Part shown: piece after piece, positions 23,661 through 36,797 of the stretch | How the letters are laid out: every line of letters starts with the position of its first letter | Numbering within the stretch: position 1 is the stretch's first letter | Source of the DNA: Antedon mediterranea | Taxonomy: Eukaryota > Animalia > Echinodermata | Assembly: GCF_964355755.1 (NCBI RefSeq) | Contig: NC_092673.1 | Coordinates: 10,884,948-10,948,947, forward strand | Length of the DNA stretch: 64,000 bases | Direction: 5' to 3' | Notes under the pieces: model-generated | What the model was told of the DNA's origin: nothing | Seen by the model: the letters and a program-made list of their open reading frames with translations, nothing else | The model's database searches: none | Made by a program: the position numbers and the translations under genes

Positions 23661-24680
23661 GAAGTCGGCCCCAAGTGAAGTCGGCCCCAAGTGAAGTCGG
23701 CCCCAAGTCAACTCGGCCCCATGTCAACTCGGCCTCAAGTCAACTCGGCCTCAAGTCAACTCGGCCTCACGTCAACTCGGCCAAAAACTAATCCGTCAAC
23801 TCGGCCTCTAAAAAGTATGGAACGCAAAAAGTGCTAATATAGTAGTTAATATTATAATGGCAGGATAACATCACAGTACGGTTAGGATTAGGACCTAATA
23901 GACGAAATAAAACGGCAAAATTCAATATATATTTAATAACACACTGGACCTGGTCGTTTTTCGTTTAATAGGTAGTATTTATTTATATTGTTTAAAATAA
24001 TTAAATATTTCTTCACATTTTGTATACAGGAATAACTGTCGACGAAGAAATTTTAATGAATAATATTTAAATATTTCGGTCTAACATACAACAAACATAA
24101 TAAAGATTAATGTATTTCTTTTATTATTACATTCATTAAATAGTAATTATTAAAGTAATCTTGCTATGGTATGTAAATGATACCATAACATATCAAGTTT
24201 GTAGAATTACGCTTATGCTTTAATGATCCGATGTTCGTGATCTATTTTAGAAGAACTCGATATGATTGATAATAACGGAAATTAATCAACACCATTGACG
24301 CAACGAAATATGGAATGGAAGTAAGCACGCTATTTAAAAAATAATGTGTGATGCAGCTTAAATTCTTTTATCTTTAAATAGCCTGATATATGACTGTGGG
24401 TTTTTTCGGCTATCCAGGTGGTCAACATCAACACGCTAATTGTTTACTGATACTTGTTTTTTTTCATCTCTCATCTTGTTCTTACTTTACAATATATTGT
24501 TATTGAAACTGCTCAAAATAAAAATGAATCCGACAATAATCTATAATGCAATATCAAGTTTTATTTTGCATCAATTATGCATCAAGGTTTGCTTATTTGT
24601 ATCACAAAAAATATATAATATATATACAATCAATATCTTTGCAGTTCTGCGCTGCTTATACTATACTACACGGGAATGTT

Positions 24681-27600
24681 TTAGGCGGGAATGTTTCCAT
24701 ACAAGTGGGCACATGCGTGAAGCAACTGTTTAGCGGTTTTGGTTCCCGCCCTGAACTGCTCCCACAATGTATATAATTGCCCGTGCAGTCTTCTATATTT
24801 TTTCCTTTGATACCGACATAGTTTTTTTTCTCCTACAAGTCTCATTTGAACGTGAACCAACTTTGCTTGGTCGTGGAGCAAAGAAATTAGTTTGTAAAGG
24901 GAAAGATCTCCAGTCTGGGCAGCATTATTTAGGGCCTTATGCCACCCTTCAACATCATTGTTTGTGCGGACCGATTGCCCAAATGCTGTCCATTTATTTG
25001 GTGGCCATATTGTTGATTCTATCCAATTGAGTTGGACGTAATCAAACAGCTGTAAGAGAAAACGTTAAAAACGATCTGGTAAGTAATACAGTAATAATAA
25101 TAATGATGATGAATAAGTTATGATGATAATAATTTATAAAAAAAATCAGCTAAGTTAAAATTGTAGCGCCAAAAATACCCCAAAAAACAAACACACACGC
25201 ATATAACAATTTTCTTGATTTACAGCAACTATTTAATGCTTTTTGTAGATAAAACACTAACAAAAATTAAAGATGTATTCTCAAAATCTGTATTTGAATA
25301 GGCCATTTTTTTTGTTGTAATAAAGTTACAAAGTTATCTTTCTAAATGTTAGTTAGAGTTATCGTTAGACAAAAGTTGTTTCTTCTGCAAAAAATAACGG
25401 GTTAAAAATGCTGTAAATAAATTAACTCCATTTTCTTGGGAGCAGAAACAGGACAATTTTGTGGCAGCGCAAAATAACCGGTTGGTTGAAACACCCATTC
25501 AATTCGATGTTATTACGCCATTTAACCGGTTATCGCTGAGCAATTTTTAGCTGCAAAACGAAATAATGTTTATTTGATTTAGCTACACTGCAGTAACGTT
25601 TGAATTAACCGCCAGGACCAATTGCATTTTGGGTAATTCTAAAGATTTTTTTCAACGATCACCAATTGAGCAGAAATGCAATAAATATAAAAATTATATT
25701 TTTGAAATAATCGGTTTAGTCGGCGCTCTGCAGTAGAAACAGACGGTATAAATTTTATCTAAAACTCACCTCTGTAAGCATAGCTGATGCTGTTATCTTG
25801 GCTTGTAAGTGGTAGAACATCGCTGGGATAACCTCTGCTGGCAGGTATGGCAGCGATAGCAACTTGCTGATGGTCTTAAAAACTGCATCTCGCTCACCGT
25901 ACGCTCGCTGCAGCCCAATTGCCTGTACGTGACGCCAGACGGCTTGCTTCCAATGAAAAACGCACCCAAAGCACCAGCGTTTTCAGGGAAAACGCTGGTA
26001 ATGGACTGCCATTCTCCCTTCTGAAAATCCATCATGACCTCTTGGACATTTATACCCTGTAAAAAAAAAAAAATTTTCTTTAAACCAAAGCCTTAATTAT
26101 TCTATCTGCGAATCCTATTCTAGTTGTAAATGTAGAAGCAACCCACCCATAAATTAGCGCTTTAAGTTCGGCAAAAGCAGGAATGGTGCATTGTTTAAAG
26201 TTGTAGATGCGTGATGTGGATAAATCAACCAATTACACATACCTCTGTCAAGTTTAGCAGACACTCTTTTACTGCCTCAAACACAGCTTTGTAGTCTTTG
26301 GTCTTTCTTCCTGACATCAGCGCAAAGCATAACGGGACCTGTTTTGTAGCATCATCTCGTTTGACAAATGCATGTATTGACATCAATTGTGTGAAAGGCC
26401 GCCGCACCACCTTGAATGTGCCGTCAATATACCATCTTTTGGTGCGTGCCAGAGTTGTCAGTTGCCGAGTGGTGGCAAAAATCAGATGGCGTCGTCTTCC
26501 AGGAATAATGTTAGACCTCAGAAAACCTGCAAACAATTAGAAGAAAGTTTAAAGGAAATCCCATTTACTTTATTCTTAAATTTGTTTTGCAAAGGTAGTA
26601 CAGCTGACTTGAAGGCCCTCTTACAATACAAAATATACAAACGACATTCAAACATACGGATAAAAGAGGATTCATGAAAGTAAAAATTATCAAACAGATT
26701 TTAAAAAGTTACCAAATATTTCTTAATTTATTATTTATCTTTAAAATATTACGTTGATTTTAAAATCAGAATAAGATATATTGCATTTAAAGGGGAGAGA
26801 ATTAATGACTGTAATACAGTTTAGTTTCAAATGTTACATTAAAAAATGGTGTTAAAATTCAACTCACCTTCTGGTAAAAAATGTTCATCTAAATCGAATT
26901 GCAGGTTAGTAGGATCATCTGGGCGCATTCTTTGCCTCACACGATTAGCCATCCTAGCAAGATTTAGGGGTTTTGGAAGGTTTGGTAGCGGATTATCTCT
27001 GACAACATCTGTGAGCGCGGTGTTGACGATGGCAGGAGCAGGTTTAAAGACGTCAGCAGAAGCTTCATCTTTGATTTCCTTTATAAGCTGATTGACAACA
27101 CCGGAACCGGGTATTCCTGGATGTAAGTGCTGATGTGGTCCGCGTCGGAAAGAACTACCTTTTTGGATGACAGTAGCTTTACACCACACCGTTTTGTTAT
27201 GAATACAGCATCTAAAAATATAAAGCGCATATCAAAAATAAGGAACTTATAAAAATCAAATGCGATCCTCATTACAACAGAAATAAATAATTATCAATTT
27301 ATGAACAATGCCATCCAACAAGAAAACATTATGAATAGCATAATTTAAAACAACCAGAAAAAACTGTAATTTAAAGCAGAAAATAGTCAATGGGTTTTGG
27401 TTGAATTTAACAGTTTATTTTGTCACTTTATAAGTGGAGTGAAACTTACCGCCAGTATTTAGAATTGATATTGCTGGTCTTCAGAGTGTAGGTGTAGCCG
27501 TTGGTAGTGTCCACGAGCTTTGGTCGCTGACGTTGGGTAGAGGCTTCAACAACTTCGTAGTCAACTATTCGGTTGATATCATTGCCGCAATCTTCGTTCG

Positions 27601-28890
27601 TGTCGTCATCATCAAGTGATTCTTCTGCCACGGCGTGCACCTCTTCGAATGTAACATCCATCGGTTCATTGTAGTCATTGTCCGTCGCATTTGTTAAATC
27701 GTTCGCGTCGTCGTCATCCAGTGATTCTTCTGCCACGGCGTTGTCCATTTTCGTAAAATCTGTAAAATCGGTGTCATTTTCACCATCTTCTTCCGAGTCG
27801 ACGTCATCCAGTGATTCTTCTGCCACGGCTTGCACCTCTTTGAATGTAACGTTCATCGGTTCATTGTAGTGGTTATCCATGACGGTTATTAAATCAGTCA
27901 AATTGGCTATGTCATCGACGGCGGTTGTTTCTTTTTCATCTTCATTCAACGCGAATGACTCCCTTGTACTTTCGGCAATTGGATAATCATCAATAACGAT
28001 ACATTCCGGGCACATCCATTCGACGTTGCGAGTCTTCATTTCGTTGTATAACTCTGGCGTTATACCTGTTGGAATGCATAAAGAAAGGATAAGAGGATGT
28101 AGTGTAACAAATGGAAACTGAATGAAGAAGAAGGCGGTTTATTACTGAGGACAAAATGAAATGAAGAAAAATATGGTTTATTAGTAAGGACAAAATGAAA
28201 TGAAGAAGAATATTTGTTTATAATATATTTCTTCTTTTGTGGTTAACCACCACCTTTAGACCTATTCATTTCGTTTCATAAACAACAATTAGAGAATCTC
28301 TAAGCATTTTCTACATTTTTTCGTTATTTTCTTATTTTTATCCTCTTTAATATTAATAATAATTGTAATAGTTTGGCCTATGCGTAGTACCCAATGTTTT
28401 CTTAATATATTAATTTGTTTTGTCTACTACACCTTAAAAAAAATATATGTTTACATTATTTTCTGCATATTTTTTATTATGTTATCTATTGCAAATATTG
28501 CATGTTTAATAAAAAGTGTTTTACTTATGAAACGTTTGTCGACATATTTTATTTTATAATCTATTTCAATATAGGAAAGAAATGGTCAACAAACACAGAC
28601 CAAATTCTGTAGAATGTCACTACAACCTTGTTATTTGTATTATTCGGGAGTCATTTGTATCTTTTATAATAATCATCTAAAATTCATACGTGAGATTTTC
28701 AATCTCATATTTTGAGACCAAATCAAACCAAAATTGAAATCAAACTTACCTCTAGAACAGGACCTATGTATCCACTTGTTGCAGCCATCGCATGCAATAG
28801 CTTCTTGCTTCCTGGTGACGTTCTTATTGCATTCAACGCATGGAAATTTAGGAGGTATAATTGGCCGTCTTCTCGAAAGATGTCGGGTTT
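24681..28890 (-). CDS. spliced PHD finger + FLYWCH + MULE DDE transposase (exons ~28890-28750, 28065-27450, 27211-26868, 26526-26243, 26056-25770, 25049-24681); one frameshift
   Basis: All five introns are GT-AG with matching phases (1,2,1,0,0). PHD: CVEC...[14 protein letters not shown]|...WMCPEC. FLYWCH-like: YWR|C...CKA...HLH. Catalytic motifs: [25 protein letters not shown]. Two extra bases near 25968-25983 shift the frame. Start codon not resolved. Confidence 0.88.
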
Positions 28891-29635
28891 CTATCGTGGA
28901 AAAACACAATTAAACGATGAAATAAAAATCAAGATAAATTGGTCTATAACAATGTTTTGGATAAGTTTGAAGAAAGTTTGCAGCAAGATTCAATATTTTT
29001 TTCAAATGGTGCCGTTTAAAAAAATGTCAGCCTCTTTATACATGAAGATCACGTACGCCTTTCGGTGACCAAACAAGTGACCCTATTGGCCAATAGCGTA
29101 TTTGTGATCACTGTGAACGGTGATTATTCACATTTTGTCTAATAGATACCATTGTCTTAGACTGTGACAAAATGAACAAGCGAGATTAAGAAGACAGATT
29201 ATATTGGCGCAAATGTTGACACGCCCTACTGTTTATCCTGTTTAATAATATCCCAATGTAAAAACTGAGGAAAATGGCGAGATAGGCCTATACTTTATAA
29301 TATAATAATAATTAGCAATTTACTGAAAAATGACAATGCTATTTTTAAACATAAAAATGGCTATATCCGCTACCTTTAATATACCCGAAAATGTTATATT
29401 GATGTTTACGAACTATGTTGCATTGGTGTTTTGCAATAAATAATGCGATTATTATCATTATCATAACAATTTATTATCAACCATCATTTAATCGAACATA
29501 ATCACTGTTTTTGACCTCCATACAAGAAACTTGAAACGTTCATTTGGACTTTTGAAAGATCCATCGATATTACATTATAATAAGTACATAGATATTAATT
29601 TGTTATTTCTTTCCCACTTTTATTTCCTCAAAATA

Positions 29636-30056
29636 CCGTAAATATTTTAATAGTAACCCACACTATAATAGTAACCCACCAAAGCCAATCCATAATAATA
29701 ACCCACTACTCTAACAGTAGCCCATGGGGGTTACTAGAGTCACAAAAACTATTGACAACATGAAATTACACTAAAATCAACATTTTCATTGCCTTTAACA
29801 ATGTAATTGTGTCGACGATCCTTATTTGTATGTACTCCAGCTTAGTATGCCTCGATTGTTGTTCCAGTTTTAGTTCAACATAAGGATATTTTAATACAGT
29901 ACAACCCTTGGCAGTTCACCAAGTTGAGGGTTGGTTACTATTTTCAGTTGCCTAATTTAAGATTAGTAATAGTAATCCCCCTTCTAATTGTAACCCACCC
30001 TAAAAAACAATCAAAAGAATAATAACTCAGAGTTAGTACAATTAGAAGATTTACGG
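29636..30056. mobile_element. pogo/Tc1-type MITE
   Basis: TA-CCGTAAAT...ATTTACGG-TA with imperfect ~20-bp TIR and AGTAACCC subterminal repeats. Confidence 0.65.
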
Positions 30057-31489
30057 TAGCTCATATGACATAGGCCTAAATATACAATTATTGCACATTT
30101 AGTGTTTCATTTGTTTTTTCTAAAAAAAAGGGATAAAAACTAAAGGTTTATGAATCATAAAAATAATATTGGATATCGAATCTTTAACACCGTCTTAAAT
30201 TGTATAACTTAAATCTAAAACAACTGTATATACATCAATATAAAAAGAATAAAATAACATTAAAATCATAACAAATCAAAAGGCAAGAATACAAATTAGA
30301 TAAGCATTGGGTATAGGTTACATGCACACACACACCCAGACATGAATGTACATTATTTTCAAATAGGCCTTACGGTTTTTTTGGTATGACATTTTTATTT
30401 TCATTTCGTTTCTACTTCATATTATTCATAATTAATACGGTACACCATGAGAAGAGAGAAATTTGTCCATGTTGTTATTTCTCTTAATTTTAAGGTATTG
30501 TTCTTTCAAACAAAGCATCACTCGAGGACTGACGTTTGTATATAACTGTTATTTGGCTACTGTATATTCTCATGACTTAAGGTGATCAATTTTATTGAAC
30601 AATACAGGGCGCGGTGGGTGTTAAAAAAACAGATGAGAATGCTAAGGCAATAGTATGTTGTTTAGGAATTCCGTTGTTTAGGAGTTTTTGCTAGACAAAA
30701 TAAAAATACGCCATTTTTTCATGATGATTTCTTCAGTGTGTTTTAGATTAATTTCCCATACATAAAATATATTCATTGGATTCCCCATTATCGTCATTGT
30801 ACCCCCGAAAAAATAAATGTGTGTAATACGATTTTGTTACTCTAATACCATTTTAATGCCACATAATAGTTATTCACTTTGACCGTAACTTATTGCTAAT
30901 AATTTGAGAGAGAATACATACAAAAAAAAACCATTTTTATTTTACTGTATTAATCTAATAATATCTATTATATACTAAGAATATTTCGGTTCTTTCTGGG
31001 AACATCCAAGTATCAAAATATAGATCTAACAAACAAATTAATTACTGAGTGAGTGTTCTAACCAACCAACAATAGAAATAAATACTACCTATCAATTCAA
31101 CGAAAAACGACCCAGTGTGTTATAATTTACATTGAAATTTCCGTTATTTCGTCTATTATGTAGGTCTAGCCGCACTATATCCTGCCATTATAATAATAAC
31201 TATTATTAGCACTTTTTGCGTTCCATACTTTTTAGAGGCCGAGTTGACGGATTAGTTTTTGGCCGAGTTGACGTGAGGCCGAGTTGACTTGAGGCCGAGT
31301 TGACTTGAGGCCGACTTGACGCGGGGCCGACTTGACGCGGGGCCGACTTGACGCGGGGCCGAGACGGTTTAGGGCCGAGTTGACCTGCACCCTGTGTGAC
31401 ACAGTGTATGCAAAAAAAGTTACTGTATATCACTTTAGGTAATCAGTAAAATTGTTTGTGTAAAGCTTTTTAAAAATGTATTTAGTTAA

Positions 31490-31822
31490 AGATGTATTGT
31501 CCCCCAAAAAACATGAAAAGTGAAGATTAATTAAATCAGACTTTGAATAGGTTATTTTGTAGTTTTAATAAAGTTAATCACTTCCGTAGAAAAATATGTT
31601 TTCACTTATAAAATGAGAAAATGAATGGTTAAATTCAACCACAAACCCATTGGCTGGCAGCCAATTTGACTATTTTTTTCTTTAAATTACAGTTTTTCAG
31701 GTAAATACAGTTTTTTTCGATCTATTTTTTTGGTCAAAGTGGATAACTATTATGTGATATTAAAATGGTATATTCAACAAAAAAATGTTTAATAATTATT
31801 TTTTCAGGGGGACAATACATCT
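31490..31822. mobile_element. Kolobok-type MITE
   Basis: TTAA TSD on both sides; TIR AGATGTATTGTCCCCC. Confidence 0.85.
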
Positions 31823-32576
31823 TTAAAGGTTTGATTTTCGGTATTATTTATTCTGTATGCCATGGTGTATGCATCTATTATTTTTGAGAATTTATATAAA
31901 TGGCCTAATCCATAAAATAGTATTGTAGAATGTATTTGTTAATAAATATATTTAACAAGTATTTACTGTACGCTTCTTATTATTGTGGAGGGATATTGAA
32001 TAGCAATATTATTTAACTTTATTATTATTATTAATTGTTATTAAACATCTTACCTTCTGTACTTAATATTACATCTACTGCATCAGAGTCTGATAGCATG
32101 CTTCTTATAACAAAACAAACAAAAACATTGATTAGAAAAACTCAGATGGAGCAAATAGTGCCGGTTTAAATTTTTTTAAACATCAAATCATTTCTCCTAA
32201 TAAAAGAATAGTGAATGAACTTATTTACCGGAAAGAGAATATGTCAATAAAATAATGAAAAGTGTGAATAAAAAGAACTTGAATATAATTGTACGTTTTT
32301 AATAGGGCTAATTTTTATCCTTTTTTGGTAAAGAGGTATTGTGAAAAAGCTGCTTTTATTAAAGAAATTTGTATTTTCGTATCTATTAGTATTAAAAATA
32401 GGCCTATCCTTTTCCATTGTATATCTTGCGCTTACGACTCTTGCGCTTCCGTAAAGTTGACTGGGAGTCAACTTTACGTAAGAATCGTTAATAACGCAAC
32501 GCAAGTGATCGCAAGCAATAAAATCCCGGTTTCCTGTAAATTCGCGATAAATCGACGTATTACACGGAGATTCAAT

Positions 32577-32742
32577 ACCCCGGTTTCCTGTCGATCGTTG
32601 CGTTACGTCTATTTTTCTTGCGTTTACGTCGATTTCACCAAAATATTGTCGTAATTTTTCCTGTCAAATATTGGTTTCTTACGACGTAACAATCGTAACT
32701 GACGTTAAAAAAACTGACTCTTACGTCGACAGGAAACCAGCC
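32577..32742. mobile_element. degenerate PIF/Harbinger-like MITE fragment
   Basis: GGTTTCCTGTCGA...TCGACAGGAAACCAGCC-TTA inverted repeat; left end degraded. Confidence 0.4.
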
Positions 32743-34534
32743 TTAAGAAGAGTTAGCCTAGGCCTAGCTAGGCCCTACTAGAGCTAGGGTTAGCATTAAT
32801 TGTCTAGCTCGCTCATCGTGTGAATACTGACGTCATCACTCTCCAAAAATACACCATTTTGCATTGGCATTGCAGTTAATTTCCGCCGCCCTCTGGTCCG
32901 CGTGTGCAAGCGTTAGCTTGTAATATCGGAAACTTTTTTCTCGTGCAAGAAGGTTTTTTGTATAATATTATAGTATGCAGTATAAACGATAAAAATAAAC
33001 GAGAAACATGGTGTTCTTTTATTATTTTATAGGCATAAAATAAACATAAAATATCTTGTAGGTACATGGGACGGCTGAAAAAAAGTATGGCGTATTTGTT
33101 GTTTTTTGTGTTATAGACCCGGCTGTAGGGTATATATCTTTGAGGTTAACAGATCACCAAAACACGGTACACAACACATGCACTATCGAGGCATTACCAA
33201 ATTTTCATTTTGTTTGAAGGTTTTTCTATCAAAGTTTATTATTAGTTCGTCGAAAAAGATCCGTACAGTATTTAGGAAGGATTTATTTAAATTTACATTA
33301 TGTAATATTTGTTATTAAGTGTGATGGAAACAGTTTCTCTAGCCTATTAAACAGTGTGTAAGCTTCTATTTTTTTCCAAAATTTTCAGAGCCTCCGGAGG
33401 GGGACAGAGCCTCCGGAGGGGGACACCCCCTCCCAAACCCTCCCCCGAGGGTAAGTTGTTAACATTTTTCGTCTTCCAACATTACGCTTTCCACAATTTG
33501 TTTCCATTTTTTTCTGTTTATGGCAGGATGGTTTGTTATTGTGTTAGTGTCTACTTGTCCTTGTAAGTCATTCTTTATTTGATTCATCCAGTTATTTCTT
33601 GGTCTTCCTACAGGTCAATTTACTTTCCTGTTAGTTTCCTTCATTGTTTGTTTGATTGGGGTATCATCCGGTAATCTATGTGTCCATACCATTTTAGTCT
33701 CCTTCGTTTAATTCTTTTACTCCATTCTTCTTGTTTTGTTATCTCGTATATTTTCGTGTTACACACTCTATCTGTTAATTTAATATCATCTTTCGCAACA
33801 TTTTCCTGTGATCTATACTCTCTTGTAATTTTTTGTTTAGTACCCAGAGTTCACTGTTATATAGGAAAATACTTGCTATGTATGCGTCAAACAAACGGGA
33901 TTTCACGTCTATAGACATCGTTTTGTGTTCTAGCGACGACTTCAGCTTGTTATATGCCATAGCTGCTAGTTATTTTCTTCTTTTAATGTCTTTTTCTGTG
34001 TCCAAGTTACTACCGAGGTATTTGCATTCTTCCCATTTACTATTGGTGTTTCTTTCTATTACAGTAGGTATTCTTCTGTTTTACTTTTGTTTATCTTTAA
34101 ATTGAATTCTGCTAATTTCTCTGTTACATTTTTCTTTGTTTTAGTTATGTGTTCTTTTGAGTCGCTAATAAATGAAATGTCGTCTGCATACTGCATGCAT
34201 CTGGATATTAAGCTGTTGTAGGGGTAGTGGTGTTGTGTTTGCTGATTCGAGTGCCTTTGCTAGGTATAGTGTGAACAGTATCGAAGACATACAGTCACCT
34301 TGTGGTACTCCTAGTGTAGTAGTAAACAATTTTCCTGTCTGTTTTCCAATTCGAACGCTTAATTTTACATTGTTTATCAAAACTTTCAACATGTGTAGTT
34401 CATCATCTTGTAATATATGTCAGTATGTCGAATAGAGTATTCCTCCGCACAGTGTCAAATGCACTGGTCATGTCAAGTAGTAGTAATATTATTTCGTAGT
34501 TAGATGACACAATTGCCTTTTCTGCTAACATTTT

Positions 34535-34602
34535 ACATAATAAATAATAATAACAGGATTTTTATAGCGCACATACCACTCAAGAGTGCTCAAGGCGCAT
34601 TT
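34535..34602 (-). mobile_element. short L2/SINE-type 3' tail inserted in the RTE RT
   Basis: GCGCCTTGAGCAC...GTGCGCTATAAAAATCCTG(TTA)n interrupts the RT between HTC and MLAEKAI. Confidence 0.55.
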
Positions 34603-34821
34603 CATGCATGTATGTACATGTTCGGTAGTGCTTCGTCCTTTGCGATACGCCGCCTGTGTTACAGGGACATGTTCATCTAATCTGTCGTTTATCCTATTAA
34701 GTAAGCATATTGCTAGTATTTTCTTAAGAACCGACAGAAGGATGATGGGTCGGATGTTTTTTGGTGGACCTTTTTTCTTGCCTGGTTTCGGTATTGGATG
34801 CAATATGCCTTCGTTGATTTC

Positions 34822-35320
34822 AGACAAAACCATGCTGCCTAGGACTTAAAGCATTAGCAACATGTGATGACAAACCATCATGCACAATGCGCTAAAAAAT
34901 CTTAGACATAGTAGGCAATAACGAAATAGGACGATAGTTACAGATTAGTTTTTTGGGACCACTCTTGTGAATTGGGACAGTATTAGCGTGTTTCCAAGAT
35001 GAAGGAAAAACCCCAGAATTAATAGATAGCTGAAACAATTTGCAAAGCGAATAAGAGAGTGAGGAGGAGGCACCCTTTAAGACAACGTTACTAATCTGAT
35101 CAATGCCAGTAGCTTTATTGATATCAATGTTACTAAGTGCCTTTTCCACAGAATGCTGATTCACAGACAGAGAACTCAAGTTATCCACCGCATAGTCAGG
35201 AAGACCAGGATAGTCCCGGGGAACGTCCGGAGAAGGCTCACTGAAAAAAGAATGAAAATAAGAATTAAATGTGGTAGCTTTATCATAATTAGACTGGAAT
35301 GAAATGTTATCGTGACTTAT
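34822..35320 (-). mobile_element. CR1/L2-type RT fragment
   Basis: KATGIDQI...FPSSWKHA...PIHKSG...NYRPISLLP...QHGF. Confidence 0.85.
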
Positions 35321-35324
35321 GAAT

Positions 35325-35793
35325 ATCTGATATGGTTTTTCTATATAATATTTTAAATTCTAAATATGACTGTTCATTAATTTCACTATTTAGTTTAAAT
35401 GTTCCTGGTCGTACACGAAATAGACATTTATTGCATATTCCTTTTAGCCGTGTCGACTGTACTAAGAGGGGACTTTTTCATAGACTACCTTATACATTTA
35501 ATAATCTAAATAGCAATCATATCGATATTTTTAATGATAGACTTGGTTATTTTAAGAGGACGATTATGTGTTCACTTCTTGAACAGCCTGCATAACCTGT
35601 TTGATTAATTGAAATTGTTTATGGCATGCCGATCTATGTTATATATATATATATATATATTTTATCTGTATTTTATTGTTAACCGTTTTTTATGTTGTAT
35701 TGTTTTATGTTTCAAACCTGTTAGTGGCGGTATTTATCGCTGTTGGTTTTGACTGAATAAAAAAATTTAAAAAAAAATAATAAATAAAAAAAT
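35325..35793 (+). mobile_element. CR1/L2-type LINE 3' end, copy of the 20868-21552 family
   Basis: Near-identical sequence (MVFLYNILNSKYDC...), followed by an A-rich tail. Confidence 0.9.
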
Positions 35794-35949
35794 TTCTTAG
35801 TGCACATTCAGCTAGCTGTGTTCCATTATTGTTCGTTTTATCTTTACCATATCTTCCTACACATTGTGGATAATCATGATGGCTGACCCCCGTTTTTGCA
35901 TTCATATCTCCAGCTAATATTAGGATATCTCTGTTTTTTGCTTCATTTA

Positions 35950-36797
35950 CCGTATATTTCGGTGTATAAGTCGCACTTTTGACATGCAAATTTGATCTCT
36001 AAATTAAGGGTGCGTCTTATACACCGAACATAAATGCCTCACCACACAGATTGTACATAGGCCTAGGCTATCGTCACCTCGTTTTCTAGGCCTGAGTAGG
36101 CTAGGCCTAGCTACAGTAACTAACTAACGTAACGGCAACCTGCTTCTGCCTAGGCCTAGTTTTCAAGTCATTTTAGCATGATGTTATACTAAATATGATG
36201 AAAAGATTTGTTCATTATGGTGCTCCGATAAAATATCATTTGTAAACGTTTACCTCGTACGATTGGAGTAGTATTTATTTATACAGTAGTTATACGCACG
36301 ATCGCCGTACCCCAAGCGCAAGCCCTTCTTTTGGTGGCACATGGTGTACGGTATTCGACTAGTATATTCTCCAGGTGATTATAGCATGGACCTAGCGTAC
36401 ACACTTCTCGGATACATAGATACTAATCGAATACGATTGTCCGTGAAAACGTGCGCCCTCTCGAAATGATCGAGCGAGGCTAGCCCACACACGTGCGTGT
36501 TAAACACACGGTCATGCACTCGATGTTGCGGCGAAATTCATGAATAACAAGTTAGAAAGAACTTGTTGAGGCTGGGCGCGGCCGAGCCTAGATAAGAAAA
36601 AACCTAAATAAAGGACGCCGTTGTAGATATAACAAAATATATTATTACAATAATATTGATTACAATTTAAAAAAACATTGTTTTGATGAAATATAAGGTG
36701 CGTCTTATACATCGACGATATAAAAAATACCGATATTTTACTCTCAGTTGGGGGTGCGTCTTATACACAGGTGCGACTTATACACCGAAATATACGG
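35950..36797. mobile_element. pogo/Tc1-mariner MITE (848 bp)
   Basis: Perfect 27-bp TIR CCGTATATTTCGGTGTATAAGTCGCAC with TA TSD. Confidence 0.92.

Larger units (their letters stand above)
22180..31392 (-). mobile_element. Mutator-superfamily (Phantom-like) transposon, ~9.2 kb, with ~400-bp TIRs containing 16-bp tandem repeats (GTCAACTCGGCCTCAA)
   Basis: Left TIR (22180-22267 plus 23661-23990) is mirrored at ~31080-31392 and the element contains a MULE transposase gene. The outermost left bases differ from the right terminus and no TSD was found. Confidence 0.9.

Noticed and set aside
32052-32110. Minus-strand mini-exon candidate (MLSDSDAVDVILSTE|GTAAGA)
   Set aside because: Good donor but no recognisable homology or partner exon; cannot be supported.
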